Assembly: GCA_036337435.1 (NCBI GenBank)
Contig: JAYZEG010000058.1
Span: 68,239 to 132,238 of the forward strand
Length of the DNA stretch: 64,000 nucleotides
Source: Myxococcota bacterium
Lineage (GTDB): Bacteria > Myxococcota_A > Bradymonadia > UBA7976 > UBA1532
Direction: 5' to 3'
Part shown: positions 46,881 through 56,587 of the stretch, piece after piece
Position numbering within the stretch: the first letter of the stretch is position 1
Layout: each line of letters starts with the position of its first letter
Program-made: the position numbers and the translations under genes
Notes under the pieces: generated by a model
Database searches by the model: none
What the model saw: only the letters and a program-made list of their open reading frames with translations
What the model was told of the DNA's origin: nothing

Positions 46881-47406
46881 GTAAACGGGAAAATTGTTGA
46901 GAACGAACGAGCTCAAGAAAGCGATAATCGAAGGGATTTTGATCGTCGGCCGTGTGTCGTTCGATGCTCTTTAAAGACCATTGCTCCGGATCAAGTCGAG
47001 GGAAGAACGCATCACCGTCTGGTGCCGTTTCGATAACGGTGAGCAAAATGCGCTGCGCAACAGGCAGACAGAGTCGATAGATCTGTTCGCCACCGATGAC
47101 CATAATCTCAGAACCGCCGTCCAAAAGTTCAAACGCTTGGCCCAGACTAGAAATCACGTCGACCCCGGTCGGGTTATAGCCATGGCGGCGCGACAAAATA
47201 ATATTCCGCCGATTCGGCAGAGGTCGGCCAATTGACTCATAGGTGCGTCTTCCCATGAGGATAGGCTTACCGGTCGTCTGTCGCTTAAAGTATTTTAAGT
47301 CTTCAGGCATGTGCCAAGGTAATTGTCCCTGATGGCCAATCGCCCAATTGGTCCCTATCCCGGCAATCAGTGTCAGTCGACCGCTGAAATTTATACTAGA
47401 TGACAT
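46855..47406 (-). CDS. folA: Dihydrofolate reductase
   Basis: IG..G.LPWH.PEDL..FK..T, MGR.TYESI..PLPNR, IGG, GDAFFP. Confidence 0.95.
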   Translation of the reverse strand: MSSSINFSGRLTLIAGIGTNWAIGHQGQLPWHMPEDLKYFKRQTTGKPILMGRRTYESIGRPLPNRRNIILSRRHGYNPTGVDVISSLGQAFELLDGGSEIMVIGGEQIYRLCLPVAQRILLTVIETAPDGDAFFPRLDPEQWSLKSIERHTADDQNPFDYRFLELVRSQQFSRLPKQFPLDS

Positions 47407-47412
47407 CGTCGA

Positions 47413-48207
47413 TTAAACAGCGACCGGTGCACGAATTGCCGGTTCATACTGATACCCATCCAAACGAATATGTTCGTATCGGAAGTCATCGAGTTTTTTG
47501 ATGGATGGGTCCAATTCAAGTTTGGGTAATGGCTTTGGTGCACGTGATAATTGGGTTTTCACCTGCTCGATGTGATTGGTATAGATGTGAGCATCGCCGA
47601 TTGTGTGGACAAAATCGCCGACCCCCAAGCCTGTGACCTGTGCAATCATGTGAGTCAACAAGGCATACGACGCAATGTTGAACGGAACACCAAGAAACAA
47701 ATCCGCGCTTCGTTGGTATAGCTGGCATGAAAGTTCATTGTTTGCGACATAAAACTGAAAGAGAAGATGACAGGGGGGCAGCTTCATCTTTTCGATCTCA
47801 CCGACATTCCAAGCACTGACAATCAGACGACGTGAATTTGGATTTTTTTCAATTTGGTCGACCACTTGAGCAATCTGATCGATTGTATTTCCCCTTGCTG
47901 TTCCCCAAGACCGCCACTGGGCACCATATACGGGACCTAAGTCACCATTTGGGTCAGCCCAAGCATCCCAAATCCCAACGTTATTTTCTTTCAGATAGCC
48001 AATATTAGTCTCACCTCGGAGAAACCACAGCAGTTCGTGAACCATGCTTTTCCACTGAAGTTTCTTCGTGGTCACTGCGGGAAAACCCGTGCGCAGATCA
48101 TAGCGCACTTGCGCACCGAACAAACTGAGGGTTCCTGTACCTGTCCTATCTTCTTTTAGAGTGCCCTCTTCAAGAACTCGATTGAGTAAATCCAAATAGG
48201 TTTTCAT
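47413..48207 (-). CDS. thyA: Thymidylate synthase
   Basis: DRTGTGT, ELLWF, LGPVYG.QWR, LPPCH, YQRSAD.FLGVPFN, DAHIY.NH. Confidence 0.97.
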   Translation of the reverse strand: MKTYLDLLNRVLEEGTLKEDRTGTGTLSLFGAQVRYDLRTGFPAVTTKKLQWKSMVHELLWFLRGETNIGYLKENNVGIWDAWADPNGDLGPVYGAQWRSWGTARGNTIDQIAQVVDQIEKNPNSRRLIVSAWNVGEIEKMKLPPCHLLFQFYVANNELSCQLYQRSADLFLGVPFNIASYALLTHMIAQVTGLGVGDFVHTIGDAHIYTNHIEQVKTQLSRAPKPLPKLELDPSIKKLDDFRYEHIRLDGYQYEPAIRAPVAV

Positions 48208-49079
48208 TGTCCTTTAAAACTCGCTTTTCTCTTTTCGACAAAGGCTGCCAAACCTTCCCGTGCATCTTCACTTGAGAATAGCTTGGCTTGAAGTTCACGC
48301 TCAAGGGCCAATCCATATTCTAATGGCAGCTCACCGCCACTTTGGACAGCCCGCTTAATATGTCCAACAGCAAGCCCTGCTCGCTCGGGTGAACAATAAC
48401 GATTGGCCATGGCAATCACCTCGTCGACAAACTGGTCACGCGACATCGCTGCAATTGTTCTTTGCTTTCCCTTAATCTCTTTGGTCTCGGTCTCACCAAT
48501 AAGTCGATGAACGAGACCTAAGTCGACTCCGGTAGACACGGGATACGTCTGTCCGCTTAACATCATTTCCATGGCTTTTGACGCGCCGATTAAACGTGTC
48601 AGCCGCTGGGTGCCTCCTGTTCCAGGTAAAACTCCTAATGAGACTTCTGGTAACCCAACTCGGCCACCACCATTTCTTGCAATCCGCAGGTCACAACCGA
48701 GGGCGATCTCGAAGCCACCACCAACACAATGACCGTTGATGGCAGCGATCACTAATTTCGGTGTTTGCTCTAATCGTGAGACCGTTTCATTTGCGTGCAG
48801 ACAAAAATAATATTTACTCGTTGCGTCTGCTGCTTCGAGCATATTGATGTTTGCTCCAGCACAAAAATGCTCCCCATCACCGGTGATAACGATGACCTCT
48901 ACATCGGGGTCGAACCGGGCTCTGAGTATACAATCATCAAGATCGCGAAACATCTTGTACGTATACCCATTGAGGTTTTCATCTTTGAGCGTGAAAAGAG
49001 CAATGCGTCCTCGTTTTTCATAACTAACTCGAATAATTCCATCATCGCCGAAGTGATCCGCACGAATTGTCTGGTTCAT
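48204..49079 (-). CDS. Enoyl-CoA hydratase/isomerase (crotonase family)
   Basis: [35 protein letters not shown]. Confidence 0.9.
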   Translation of the reverse strand: MNQTIRADHFGDDGIIRVSYEKRGRIALFTLKDENLNGYTYKMFRDLDDCILRARFDPDVEVIVITGDGEHFCAGANINMLEAADATSKYYFCLHANETVSRLEQTPKLVIAAINGHCVGGGFEIALGCDLRIARNGGGRVGLPEVSLGVLPGTGGTQRLTRLIGASKAMEMMLSGQTYPVSTGVDLGLVHRLIGETETKEIKGKQRTIAAMSRDQFVDEVIAMANRYCSPERAGLAVGHIKRAVQSGGELPLEYGLALERELQAKLFSSEDAREGLAAFVEKRKASFKGQ

Positions 49080-49153
49080 TTCTTACCTCCTTGCTGTACT
49101 GATAATCGATTCATATCATCCGCTGTCGCTTTGTCACAGGAGGTCTCTACATT

Positions 49154-50008
49154 ATGAGTATAGAAACAATCACAGTTATCGGAACCGGCACCATGGGCAA
49201 TGGCATCGCTGGCCAGGCAGCACTGTCGGGATACAACGTCAACTTATTCGATATTTGTGAGGACAAATTAAAAGCAGCCTTTGACCTGATCGAGAAAACC
49301 TATGCAAAGGGTGTATCGAAAGGAAAGATTTCGGCCAATGCTGTCGATGCTGCTCAAGGTAGACTGAGTGGTAAAAATTGCCTAGAAGAGGCTCTTCGAA
49401 CCGCCGACTTAGTCATAGAGGCCGTCCCTGAAAATATGGCTCTAAAAATCGAATTGTTCCGCTCATTCGAAACCTACGGGCGACCTGGTTTAATTATGGC
49501 ATCTAATACGAGTAGCCTATCTATCACGGAAATCGCCGCCTCAGTCAGTCGCCCTGAGGCCGTTGTCGGAATGCACTTTTTCAATCCCGTGGCGATCATG
49601 CCACTTGTTGAACTGGTTCGAGGTGAATACACAACTGATGAAACCTTAAAGACAGTCCGTGCTGTGGCAGAGCAGATGAAAAAAGAGTGTATTGAAGTTA
49701 ATGATTCGCCAGGTTTCGCAACAAGTCGGCTGGGGATCGCACTGGGTAATGAAGCCATGCGGATGTTTGAAGAAGGGGTTGCCAGCGCCGCTGATATCGA
49801 CAAAGCCATGGCCTTGGGCTACCGCCACCCAATTGGGCCGCTCGCGCTAACAGACTTAGTGGGTCTGGACGTGAGACTCGCGATCAGCGAACATCTTTAT
49901 CGAGAGATAGGTAGCGATACATTTAGACCACCACGTATACTCAGAAAGATGGTGCGGGCAGGCAAGCTTGGCCGTAAAGTTGGTCGCGGCTTCTACGATT
50001 ATTCATAA
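49154..50008 (+). CDS. 3-hydroxyacyl(butyryl)-CoA dehydrogenase
   Basis: GTGTMGNG, EAVPE, SNTSS, GMHFFNP, HPIGP...D.VGLD, GFYDY. Confidence 0.92.
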   Translation: MSIETITVIGTGTMGNGIAGQAALSGYNVNLFDICEDKLKAAFDLIEKTYAKGVSKGKISANAVDAAQGRLSGKNCLEEALRTADLVIEAVPENMALKIELFRSFETYGRPGLIMASNTSSLSITEIAASVSRPEAVVGMHFFNPVAIMPLVELVRGEYTTDETLKTVRAVAEQMKKECIEVNDSPGFATSRLGIALGNEAMRMFEEGVASAADIDKAMALGYRHPIGPLALTDLVGLDVRLAISEHLYREIGSDTFRPPRILRKMVRAGKLGRKVGRGFYDYS

Positions 50009-50034
50009 AGCATTGGCTGAGAATACATAGAGAT

Positions 50035-50988
50035 ATGAATCAGGCCCTTCGAAGCACAGACATTCTGAAGAGATTTACCTTGGTTACAGGCAAGGGCGGG
50101 GTGGGCAAGAGTACGCTTTCAGCTGCACTGGCACTCCTGTCTGCAAAACGGGGATATAAAACACTCGTTTGTGAACTCAATACCCATGAACGAGTCTCTC
50201 GGCTTCTAGGTCATGACCCTGCCGGCTCATCCATTAAGGAGCTCGAAGACAACCTTTGGAGTGTAAACATTAATCCAGCAGCAGCGATGCAAGAATATGG
50301 ATTAATGAAACTAAAGTTTAGAGCTTTTTATAGGCTCGTTTTTGAAAATCCATTGGTCGGGGCTCTGGTCCGATTCATTCCTGGAATCAACGATTTACTC
50401 ATGCTCGGGAAGGCATTTAATCACGAACGTGAAGTCGATCAGGCTGGGCAGCCGATTTGGGATCGAATCATTATCGATGCGCCTGCTACGGGACATAGCT
50501 TAACATTCTTGACCTTGCCAAAAGTAATCATGAATGCAGTTCCAAGCGGAAACATGCATAGGGAAAGCCATGATATGTGGGAGCTGCTGGCGGACCCTAA
50601 ACGGTGTGGAATTCACCTCGTCTCTTTACCCGAGGAACTACCGATTCAAGAAACGATCGATTTATTCAAGGCTTTAACTCACGATATCCAACTCCCTGTG
50701 TCCAATCTCTTTTTGAATCAGGTTCCTATGCCTGCCGTGCCTCCAGAGCTAACTGAAGATTTCAAAAAATGGAATAAGATACCATCTGATGAGTTGATTA
50801 AACCCTTGTGGGAGGCGGGTAAATTACGCGAGAAAAACCTAGCCGTTTCGACCCATTTTTTGAAGAAGCTTGAAGGATTGGATTGCCCGGTCATTTGTCT
50901 GCCGATGCAGTACGGGGTTGATTTCGGGCGGCGGGAAATAGACGCACTCGCCAAAACGATCGACGACGCGATGGCACCCCATGATTGA
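50035..50988 (+). CDS. ArsA/Get3-like SIMIBI ATPase, subunit 1
   Basis: GKGGVGKST, DAPATGH, LPEELP..ET. Confidence 0.85.
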   Translation: MNQALRSTDILKRFTLVTGKGGVGKSTLSAALALLSAKRGYKTLVCELNTHERVSRLLGHDPAGSSIKELEDNLWSVNINPAAAMQEYGLMKLKFRAFYRLVFENPLVGALVRFIPGINDLLMLGKAFNHEREVDQAGQPIWDRIIIDAPATGHSLTFLTLPKVIMNAVPSGNMHRESHDMWELLADPKRCGIHLVSLPEELPIQETIDLFKALTHDIQLPVSNLFLNQVPMPAVPPELTEDFKKWNKIPSDELIKPLWEAGKLREKNLAVSTHFLKKLEGLDCPVICLPMQYGVDFGRREIDALAKTIDDAMAPHD

Positions 50989-52132
50989 TCCACTCAGAGA
51001 CCGGTTAAAATCAGCCAAGTTAATCGTCACCGCTGGTTGTGGTGGCGTCGGAAAAACAACTGTGGCCGCTGCACTCTCACTTCGTGCGGCACATCTTGGT
51101 CGACGGGTTGCTGTCTTGACTATCGACCCGGCAAAGCGCCTCGCTCAAGCATTGGGTCTCAGCGAACTGAATCATGAACTCAAACGAGTGCCAACAAATG
51201 GAAAGAACACCGGTGAGCTGTGGGCGATGATGCTAGATACGAAGGCTGCGGGCGACAATATGGTCCTCAGGTTTTCCCAAGATGAAAACGTCGCCAAAGG
51301 CATACTGAACAACCGATACTATGGTTATTTTAGCAGCTCTTTAGCAGGCACTTTGGAATACATGGCGGTTGAGCAAGTGCGCGTACTGATGGATGAGCAT
51401 GACTTTGATCTAGTGGTGCTTGACACGCCGCCGGCGGCTCATGCTCTCGACTTTTTTGATGCGCCCGACAGGCTTGTTGATGGCCTGATGAAAATCCCAC
51501 TCAACGCCCTCGATGGACGCGGGAGAAAAAGCATTTCCAGTCGATTAGCGAGTCAGGGTAGACAAATTGTCCTTCGTGGACTCAATCGATTGACGGGTGG
51601 TCCGTTCCTCGATGATTTAACAGAGTTTTTGAGCCAGTTTCGAAGCATCCTTGGAGCTCTACAGGAGGCGGGAGAACAGGTCCGTGATTTACTGCGTGCT
51701 GATGGAACAAGCTTCTTTTTGATCACCGCACCATCGGCACCAAGAATTGAGGATGCAATCGCTTTTTTTGGAGAGTTAGAACGCCGGAAGTTACCGGTTG
51801 GCGGCATTATCGTGAATCGAGTCCATCGGGAAATCATCCACAATAAAAACTCGGCTGTAAGCGCATCGAGGCTCGCCGCAGCCTGGCATGAAGCATCCTT
51901 AGAAAAGAGGACGATGACGGAATATAACGGACTCGTTGCGAGGCTCACGTCGACCTTAATGGAACACAACCAACGGGCGAGACAAGACGCCCTTGTGTGC
52001 GACCAACTTTCCCTCAGAACACAGCAAGCTCAGTTTATCGCTCCGCGCTTAAATTCGGGTCTGGGGACTCAGTCAGAACTACTAGAGCTGGCGAACCAAA
52101 TTCAGATTTACGAATCAGGAACATCCCTATGA
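50981..52132 (+). CDS. ArsA/Get3-like SIMIBI ATPase, subunit 2
   Basis: GCGGVGKTT, TIDPAKRLA.ALG, AMMLD, EYMA.E, DTPP, VNR. Confidence 0.85.
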   Translation: MIDPLRDRLKSAKLIVTAGCGGVGKTTVAAALSLRAAHLGRRVAVLTIDPAKRLAQALGLSELNHELKRVPTNGKNTGELWAMMLDTKAAGDNMVLRFSQDENVAKGILNNRYYGYFSSSLAGTLEYMAVEQVRVLMDEHDFDLVVLDTPPAAHALDFFDAPDRLVDGLMKIPLNALDGRGRKSISSRLASQGRQIVLRGLNRLTGGPFLDDLTEFLSQFRSILGALQEAGEQVRDLLRADGTSFFLITAPSAPRIEDAIAFFGELERRKLPVGGIIVNRVHREIIHNKNSAVSASRLAAAWHEASLEKRTMTEYNGLVARLTSTLMEHNQRARQDALVCDQLSLRTQQAQFIAPRLNSGLGTQSELLELANQIQIYESGTSL

Positions 52133-53337
52133 AGATGCTGTCAGAATCGAACATGAAGTACTCATTCTGCTTAAGCATCGCCGCTCCTCTTGCTGTGAGT
52201 GCGCTGCTCCTCATCGGCTGTGGTTCACGCCAAATACAGTCCAATAAGACCGTTTTAGAAATGGAACCCGTTGTCGTCGAAGTGTCCAAGAAGGACGGAA
52301 AAAACGTCATTGAAACATATGATGCCTTCTCGCTTTTCGAGAGCGCCAAGACGTTCTACGAACAAAACCAATTTGCTCGATGTATCAATGACTATACCCA
52401 ACTCTTAGAACGGTTTCCCAGCTCACGATTTGCATTGGTCGCACTCTTTAATCGCGGGTTATGTCTGGAAGAAGCTCTTCGACATAATGCCGCCGCAACA
52501 GATTTCCGCCTCTATATCGATCGGGCTAAAAAGGCGTCTGACAAGCTTGATGGACAATACCGTTGGGGTTTTAACCTGGTCGAGTCGGGCAATTATCCAA
52601 TCGCTGTCAAACTCTATGATGACCTGCTGAGTCGCACTGATCTGGGACATTTTGACCGAGCAGAGGCCCATCTGAGGCGGGGAATATCTCTTGCAAAAAT
52701 GCAGCAGTTTGCTCGGGGTGAAGGTGATATCCGGGCGGCTTTAAAGTGGATCAAGAAAGAGACCGGCGACCAGATCATAGGGAACGATTTAGCGGCTGAG
52801 TGTCATTATCGAAAAGGTGAGATATACGGTGCCTTAAGTTCAAAAGTGTCACTGAAACTCCCTTTGAAATCCATGCAAGGAGACTTGCAATCGAAGATTC
52901 GATTCTTTCGACAATCCCAAAGTTCATATATCGATACCCTCAATGTAAGGAGCCCCTACTGGTCGACTGCGGCGGGCCTTAAGCTAGGGGAACTCTACGA
53001 ACGTTTTTATGACGATGTAGTGAAAGCCGAGGTTCCGAAAGATTTTGATGAAACGATGCGGAAATACTATCTGCTCGAACTCAAAAATGAGCTGCAGCCT
53101 GTATTGACGCACTCGGTTAAAATTTACGAACGAAACATTGCTATGGGATTAAGGCTCGGTACAGATAACCAATGGATTAAGGAAACAGAGCAGCGATTGC
53201 AAAAACTACGTGCGTTGATCGAAAAAAATGAGCGGGCCGCAGAGGCTGCCAGAAAAACCAAACCTGAGACTGAGATGATCGATAAGCAAGCGCGTCCTGC
53301 CCGGCGGTCCAAGGCAAAAGATGCGGAGCAACGTTAA
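52129..53337 (+). CDS. TPR lipoprotein
   Basis: Start moved to ATG 52129 (ATGA overlap); lipobox LLIGC; TPRs (RFPSS..ALFNRG). Confidence 0.75.
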   Translation: MKMLSESNMKYSFCLSIAAPLAVSALLLIGCGSRQIQSNKTVLEMEPVVVEVSKKDGKNVIETYDAFSLFESAKTFYEQNQFARCINDYTQLLERFPSSRFALVALFNRGLCLEEALRHNAAATDFRLYIDRAKKASDKLDGQYRWGFNLVESGNYPIAVKLYDDLLSRTDLGHFDRAEAHLRRGISLAKMQQFARGEGDIRAALKWIKKETGDQIIGNDLAAECHYRKGEIYGALSSKVSLKLPLKSMQGDLQSKIRFFRQSQSSYIDTLNVRSPYWSTAAGLKLGELYERFYDDVVKAEVPKDFDETMRKYYLLELKNELQPVLTHSVKIYERNIAMGLRLGTDNQWIKETEQRLQKLRALIEKNERAAEAARKTKPETEMIDKQARPARRSKAKDAEQR

Positions 53338-53783
53338 TGCTTAGGCGAATTCTCGGCATTGATGTCGGCACAAAGCGAATCGGGCTGGCACTCAGTGACC
53401 CAACGCATACCATCGCAACGCCGTTTGAAACACTCCACCGTACAACGCCTGAGAAAGACATTGAAACACTCATCGATTGGATCCAACAAGAAAGTGTGTC
53501 GAAAATTGTCGTGGGCTGGCCGCTTGAGACAAGTGGACGGGAAGGGCGATTAGCAAAAAAAGTCCAGCGACTGATCGATGATCTGACGGAAAAAACCGAT
53601 TTGCCTATTATGAAATGGGACGAACGAATGAGTTCCGTAGCTGCAGAACGGTCTCTGATCGCAGGCGGTACGCGCCGACTTGCGCGCAGAAACCTAGTTG
53701 ACAAAGTGGCCGCATCAATCATCCTACAAGGCTGGTTGGACGCCGAGATGAACAAGGATAAGAACAGCAGCAATGTCGTTTAA
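53337..53783 (+). CDS. ruvX: YqgF/RuvX family nuclease (pre-16S rRNA maturation)
   Basis: ILGID.G.KRIG.A.SD, VVG.P, DER.SS, D..AA..IL. Confidence 0.93.
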   Translation: MLRRILGIDVGTKRIGLALSDPTHTIATPFETLHRTTPEKDIETLIDWIQQESVSKIVVGWPLETSGREGRLAKKVQRLIDDLTEKTDLPIMKWDERMSSVAAERSLIAGGTRRLARRNLVDKVAASIILQGWLDAEMNKDKNSSNVV

Positions 53784-54765
53784 GGCCATTTTTTTTGGAC
53801 TCATTATAGCCACTGTTGGCATCAGCATTTACATTCATAATCGGATGAGTTTTCTCGATGAACCCATCACTCAATCAGACACTCCGATTCGTATCGAAGT
53901 CGCAAAAGGGATGAGTTTTAAACAACTGGTCGCGCGACTGGCTCAAAGGAAGGTCATCTCTGATGGGACTGTCTTCGAACTCTTTGCTCGTTTCTCGAAC
54001 CAGGATCGGGCAATTAAGGCCGGGCATTATCTGATTAGAGGCGATATTACGCCGAGAAGACTGCTCAAGGAGTTAACTCAAGGACAACCGGAAAAGAGTG
54101 TTCGAGTCACGCTCCCTGAAGGATGGAATCGATGGCAGATTGCAGACCGGCTTACTGAGTTAAAATTGGTTAATCGAGACCGATTTTTGAGGCGGGTTGA
54201 GCTGGAGCGACTCGAGGGACGTTTGTTTCCCGATACATACAGGTTTGCTGCAAAAGCCGACACTGACGGCGTAATTGATCGACTTCTAAGTAGGCACAAT
54301 TCCGTCTGGACACAGATAAAACTCCGTGGCCATGAGCAACCAACTACATTCTCAGATGATGAGCTCATCAACATGGCATCGATGGCTCAGAAAGAATCCG
54401 GTCATTTAGATGAACAGAGAAAAATTATTCGTGTTTTCTTAAACCGGCTTAAAAAAGGTATGAAACTTCAAAGCGATCCAACATGCGTCTACGACTCTCG
54501 TCTCTACAAAACTAAGCCGAGCCCAGCGACATGCAAAGACAAGGAAAATCCATACAGCACCTATGTCATTAGGGGCTTACCACCGACGCCAATCGGAAAC
54601 CCGGGCGCGTCAGCTCTCAAGGCCGCTATGCACCCATTTGACGGAACAAGAGCCGACAAAATCCTATTCTTTGTAGCTCGCCGAGACGGCTCAAAACGAC
54701 ACTATTTCAGCGAAACATACCAGGAACACAAAGCAGCAGTGGAACGTTATCTCAAAGAGAAATAA
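53773..54765 (+). CDS. mltG: Endolytic transglycosylase MltG
   Basis: IKAG.Y, T.PEG, LEG.LFPDTY, AS...KE, NRL..GM.LQSDPT, GLPP.PI.NPG. Confidence 0.92.
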   Translation: MSFKAIFFGLIIATVGISIYIHNRMSFLDEPITQSDTPIRIEVAKGMSFKQLVARLAQRKVISDGTVFELFARFSNQDRAIKAGHYLIRGDITPRRLLKELTQGQPEKSVRVTLPEGWNRWQIADRLTELKLVNRDRFLRRVELERLEGRLFPDTYRFAAKADTDGVIDRLLSRHNSVWTQIKLRGHEQPTTFSDDELINMASMAQKESGHLDEQRKIIRVFLNRLKKGMKLQSDPTCVYDSRLYKTKPSPATCKDKENPYSTYVIRGLPPTPIGNPGASALKAAMHPFDGTRADKILFFVARRDGSKRHYFSETYQEHKAAVERYLKEK

Positions 54766-54770
54766 GCCGG

Positions 54771-55712
54771 TTAAGAGCGTACTTTCTTTTCCACCCAATC
54801 GACATATTCAAGTCCAATATCGACGCCGGTTAACTCGCTAATTTCTCGGATTCCGGTTGGGCTGGTGACGTTAATTTCAGTCAGATAGTCTCCAATAAGA
54901 TCCAGTCCAACAAACCAAAGTCCGTCCTGTCTCAACCGGGGACCTATCTTCGCACAGATTGCGCGGTCCCGTTCGGACAGTTCCACATGTTCGACTTGAC
55001 CACCCACGTGTATATTACCTCGGTTCTCATTCTCTTGCGGTACACGGATGATCGCCCCTCGAACCTCTCCATCCAACAGTATAATCCGCTTATCTCCAGT
55101 ACGAGCAGCAGGAATATAGTCCTGGGCTATGACCCATCGACGACCGTTTTCCGTAAGGGTCTCGACAACACTGGCTGCGTTGCGATCATCTGGGGATACA
55201 ACGAAGATGCCCGCCCCCCCATGTCCATCAACAGGTTTTAATACAGTTTCTCTCGGCCGCATCCTAATCTGCGTCAGAAGATCATCACAATTTCGGCTTA
55301 CATAGGTGTCAGGACAGAGGTCTGGAAAAAACTGAGCATATAGTTTTTCATTGGCGAATCTAATGCCCGTTGTTGAATTGACGACAAGCGTCTCGTCGTC
55401 GACCAAATCGAGAATGTGCGTCGCATGGAGGTATGCACGGTCAACGGGCGGATCTTTACGCATCCAAACGGTGTCAAATGATGAAAGATACGATTTTTCC
55501 CATGGTCCGGTTTCAAATGCAGCTGTCGAAGTCGTATCTATATGAATGCGGGCATAAACAGCGGCACCAAACCCGTTTTGCACGTAGAGTTGAGATTGGT
55601 CACAATAAAAGACATCGTGACCACGGGACTGAGCTGCAATGATAAAACCGACCGTTGTGTCTTTCGCGAGATCGGCATCTTCTATAGGATCCATAACAAT
55701 GAGAATACGCAT
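54771..55712 (-). CDS. gshB: Glutathione synthetase
   Basis: MDP, WMRKDPP, NEK, KP.DG.GG, GDKRI, R.N..GG, EINVTSPTG. Confidence 0.95.
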   Translation of the reverse strand: MRILIVMDPIEDADLAKDTTVGFIIAAQSRGHDVFYCDQSQLYVQNGFGAAVYARIHIDTTSTAAFETGPWEKSYLSSFDTVWMRKDPPVDRAYLHATHILDLVDDETLVVNSTTGIRFANEKLYAQFFPDLCPDTYVSRNCDDLLTQIRMRPRETVLKPVDGHGGAGIFVVSPDDRNAASVVETLTENGRRWVIAQDYIPAARTGDKRIILLDGEVRGAIIRVPQENENRGNIHVGGQVEHVELSERDRAICAKIGPRLRQDGLWFVGLDLIGDYLTEINVTSPTGIREISELTGVDIGLEYVDWVEKKVRS

Positions 55713-55804
55713 AGTTTTTAACGTCTCCGTTGAATGCCCAGGGTATTATCGCCGTATTGTCACCGATTGTGATAAACAAATTTCCGATGCAGGGTAAATT
55801 TACT

Positions 55805-56416
55805 ATGAAGTCGACTCAGTTCGGATTGCTATTTCTATTGATTGCGTTGGCTTGTGCAGCCTCTTACGCGCAACCGACAAAGCAAACTCAACAAGTCAAA
55901 GAGTCAGTAACAACCAAGGATGACGCCACGCGGCCCACTTCAAAATCCGCCAACACGACCAATCAAGACGACAAAGTGCCACCAAAGTCTGAATCTGGAC
56001 AATCGGAAAAGCTGTCCGCTATCCCAGGCAAAGCAGCACCAGTGGACTCCGATTGGCATGGACGAGCAGAAAAGTGGTTTACATCAACAGACAAAAAAGA
56101 GCGTCGAAAAGCCATGAGGCAATTTACGCGCGCACTCCGAAAGCCATGCAAGTTTTGCCACACTACGGATTTTAAGGGCTATACGGATCGATTGCTGATT
56201 TCGCAGCAAATGATGGCTATGACTGTTGAACATGGAGTTGAATGCAAAGATTGCCATGCCGGAAAAGATGGTTTTACGAAAATGGGGCAAACCAGTGAAA
56301 AGATGTGGCAATTGGTTCATAAGAAGAAGGTTTTCTGTGAGCATTGTCACGTGCCAAAAAATCGTTTTCAAAAGCTGACGCCGGAAGGCCAATTGTTCAA
56401 AGACAGTGGTCCCTGA
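55805..56416 (+). CDS. Exported triheme c-type cytochrome (reaction-centre cytochrome c-like motifs)
   Basis: Signal peptide from ATG 55805; CKFCH, CKDCH, CEHCH, each preceded by a Met-bearing helix. Confidence 0.8.
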   Translation: MKSTQFGLLFLLIALACAASYAQPTKQTQQVKESVTTKDDATRPTSKSANTTNQDDKVPPKSESGQSEKLSAIPGKAAPVDSDWHGRAEKWFTSTDKKERRKAMRQFTRALRKPCKFCHTTDFKGYTDRLLISQQMMAMTVEHGVECKDCHAGKDGFTKMGQTSEKMWQLVHKKKVFCEHCHVPKNRFQKLTPEGQLFKDSGP

Positions 56417-56456
56417 GTGATGTCGAACTTCATCAGAAAGCTCAACCGTAGCGTCG

Positions 56457-56574
56457 CTCACCGGGTGCTTAACGTGTGCAGCCACAACCGGATCTTGTCA
56501 CTGGTTGAGACAATGACCCGGTTGCAAGCTCAGGGCTGGAAATGGAATCGGATTGGATTCAAAAGCACCGTAAA
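56457..56574 (-). ncRNA. Candidate structured RNA element of unknown family
   Basis: Nested stems 56464-70/56563-69, 56479-83/56534-38, 56485-91/56518-24, 56495-99/56509-13, plus side hairpin 56545-60; four plus-strand A-C mismatches become G-U pairs on the minus strand. Confidence 0.45.
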
Positions 56575-56587
56575 TATCGAATCAGAA

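Noticed and set aside
50035-52132. Arsenic resistance locus
   Set aside because: No arsB, acr3, arsC, arsR or arsD; the motifs fit the non-arsenic ArsA/Get3-like pair.
55805-56416. Evidence for phototrophy
   Set aside because: Only three hemes and no pufLM or bch genes in the window.
56430-56436. CUGAUGA (minus strand) next to the structured element, and another at 10261 (plus strand), as hammerhead ribozyme cores
   Set aside because: No correctly placed GAAA or stem II/III geometry in either case.
56417-56587. Calling the structured element 6S RNA or SRP RNA
   Set aside because: It lacks the SRP helix-8 motif, is short for 6S, and lacks zapA/ygfA synteny; kept only as unknown.
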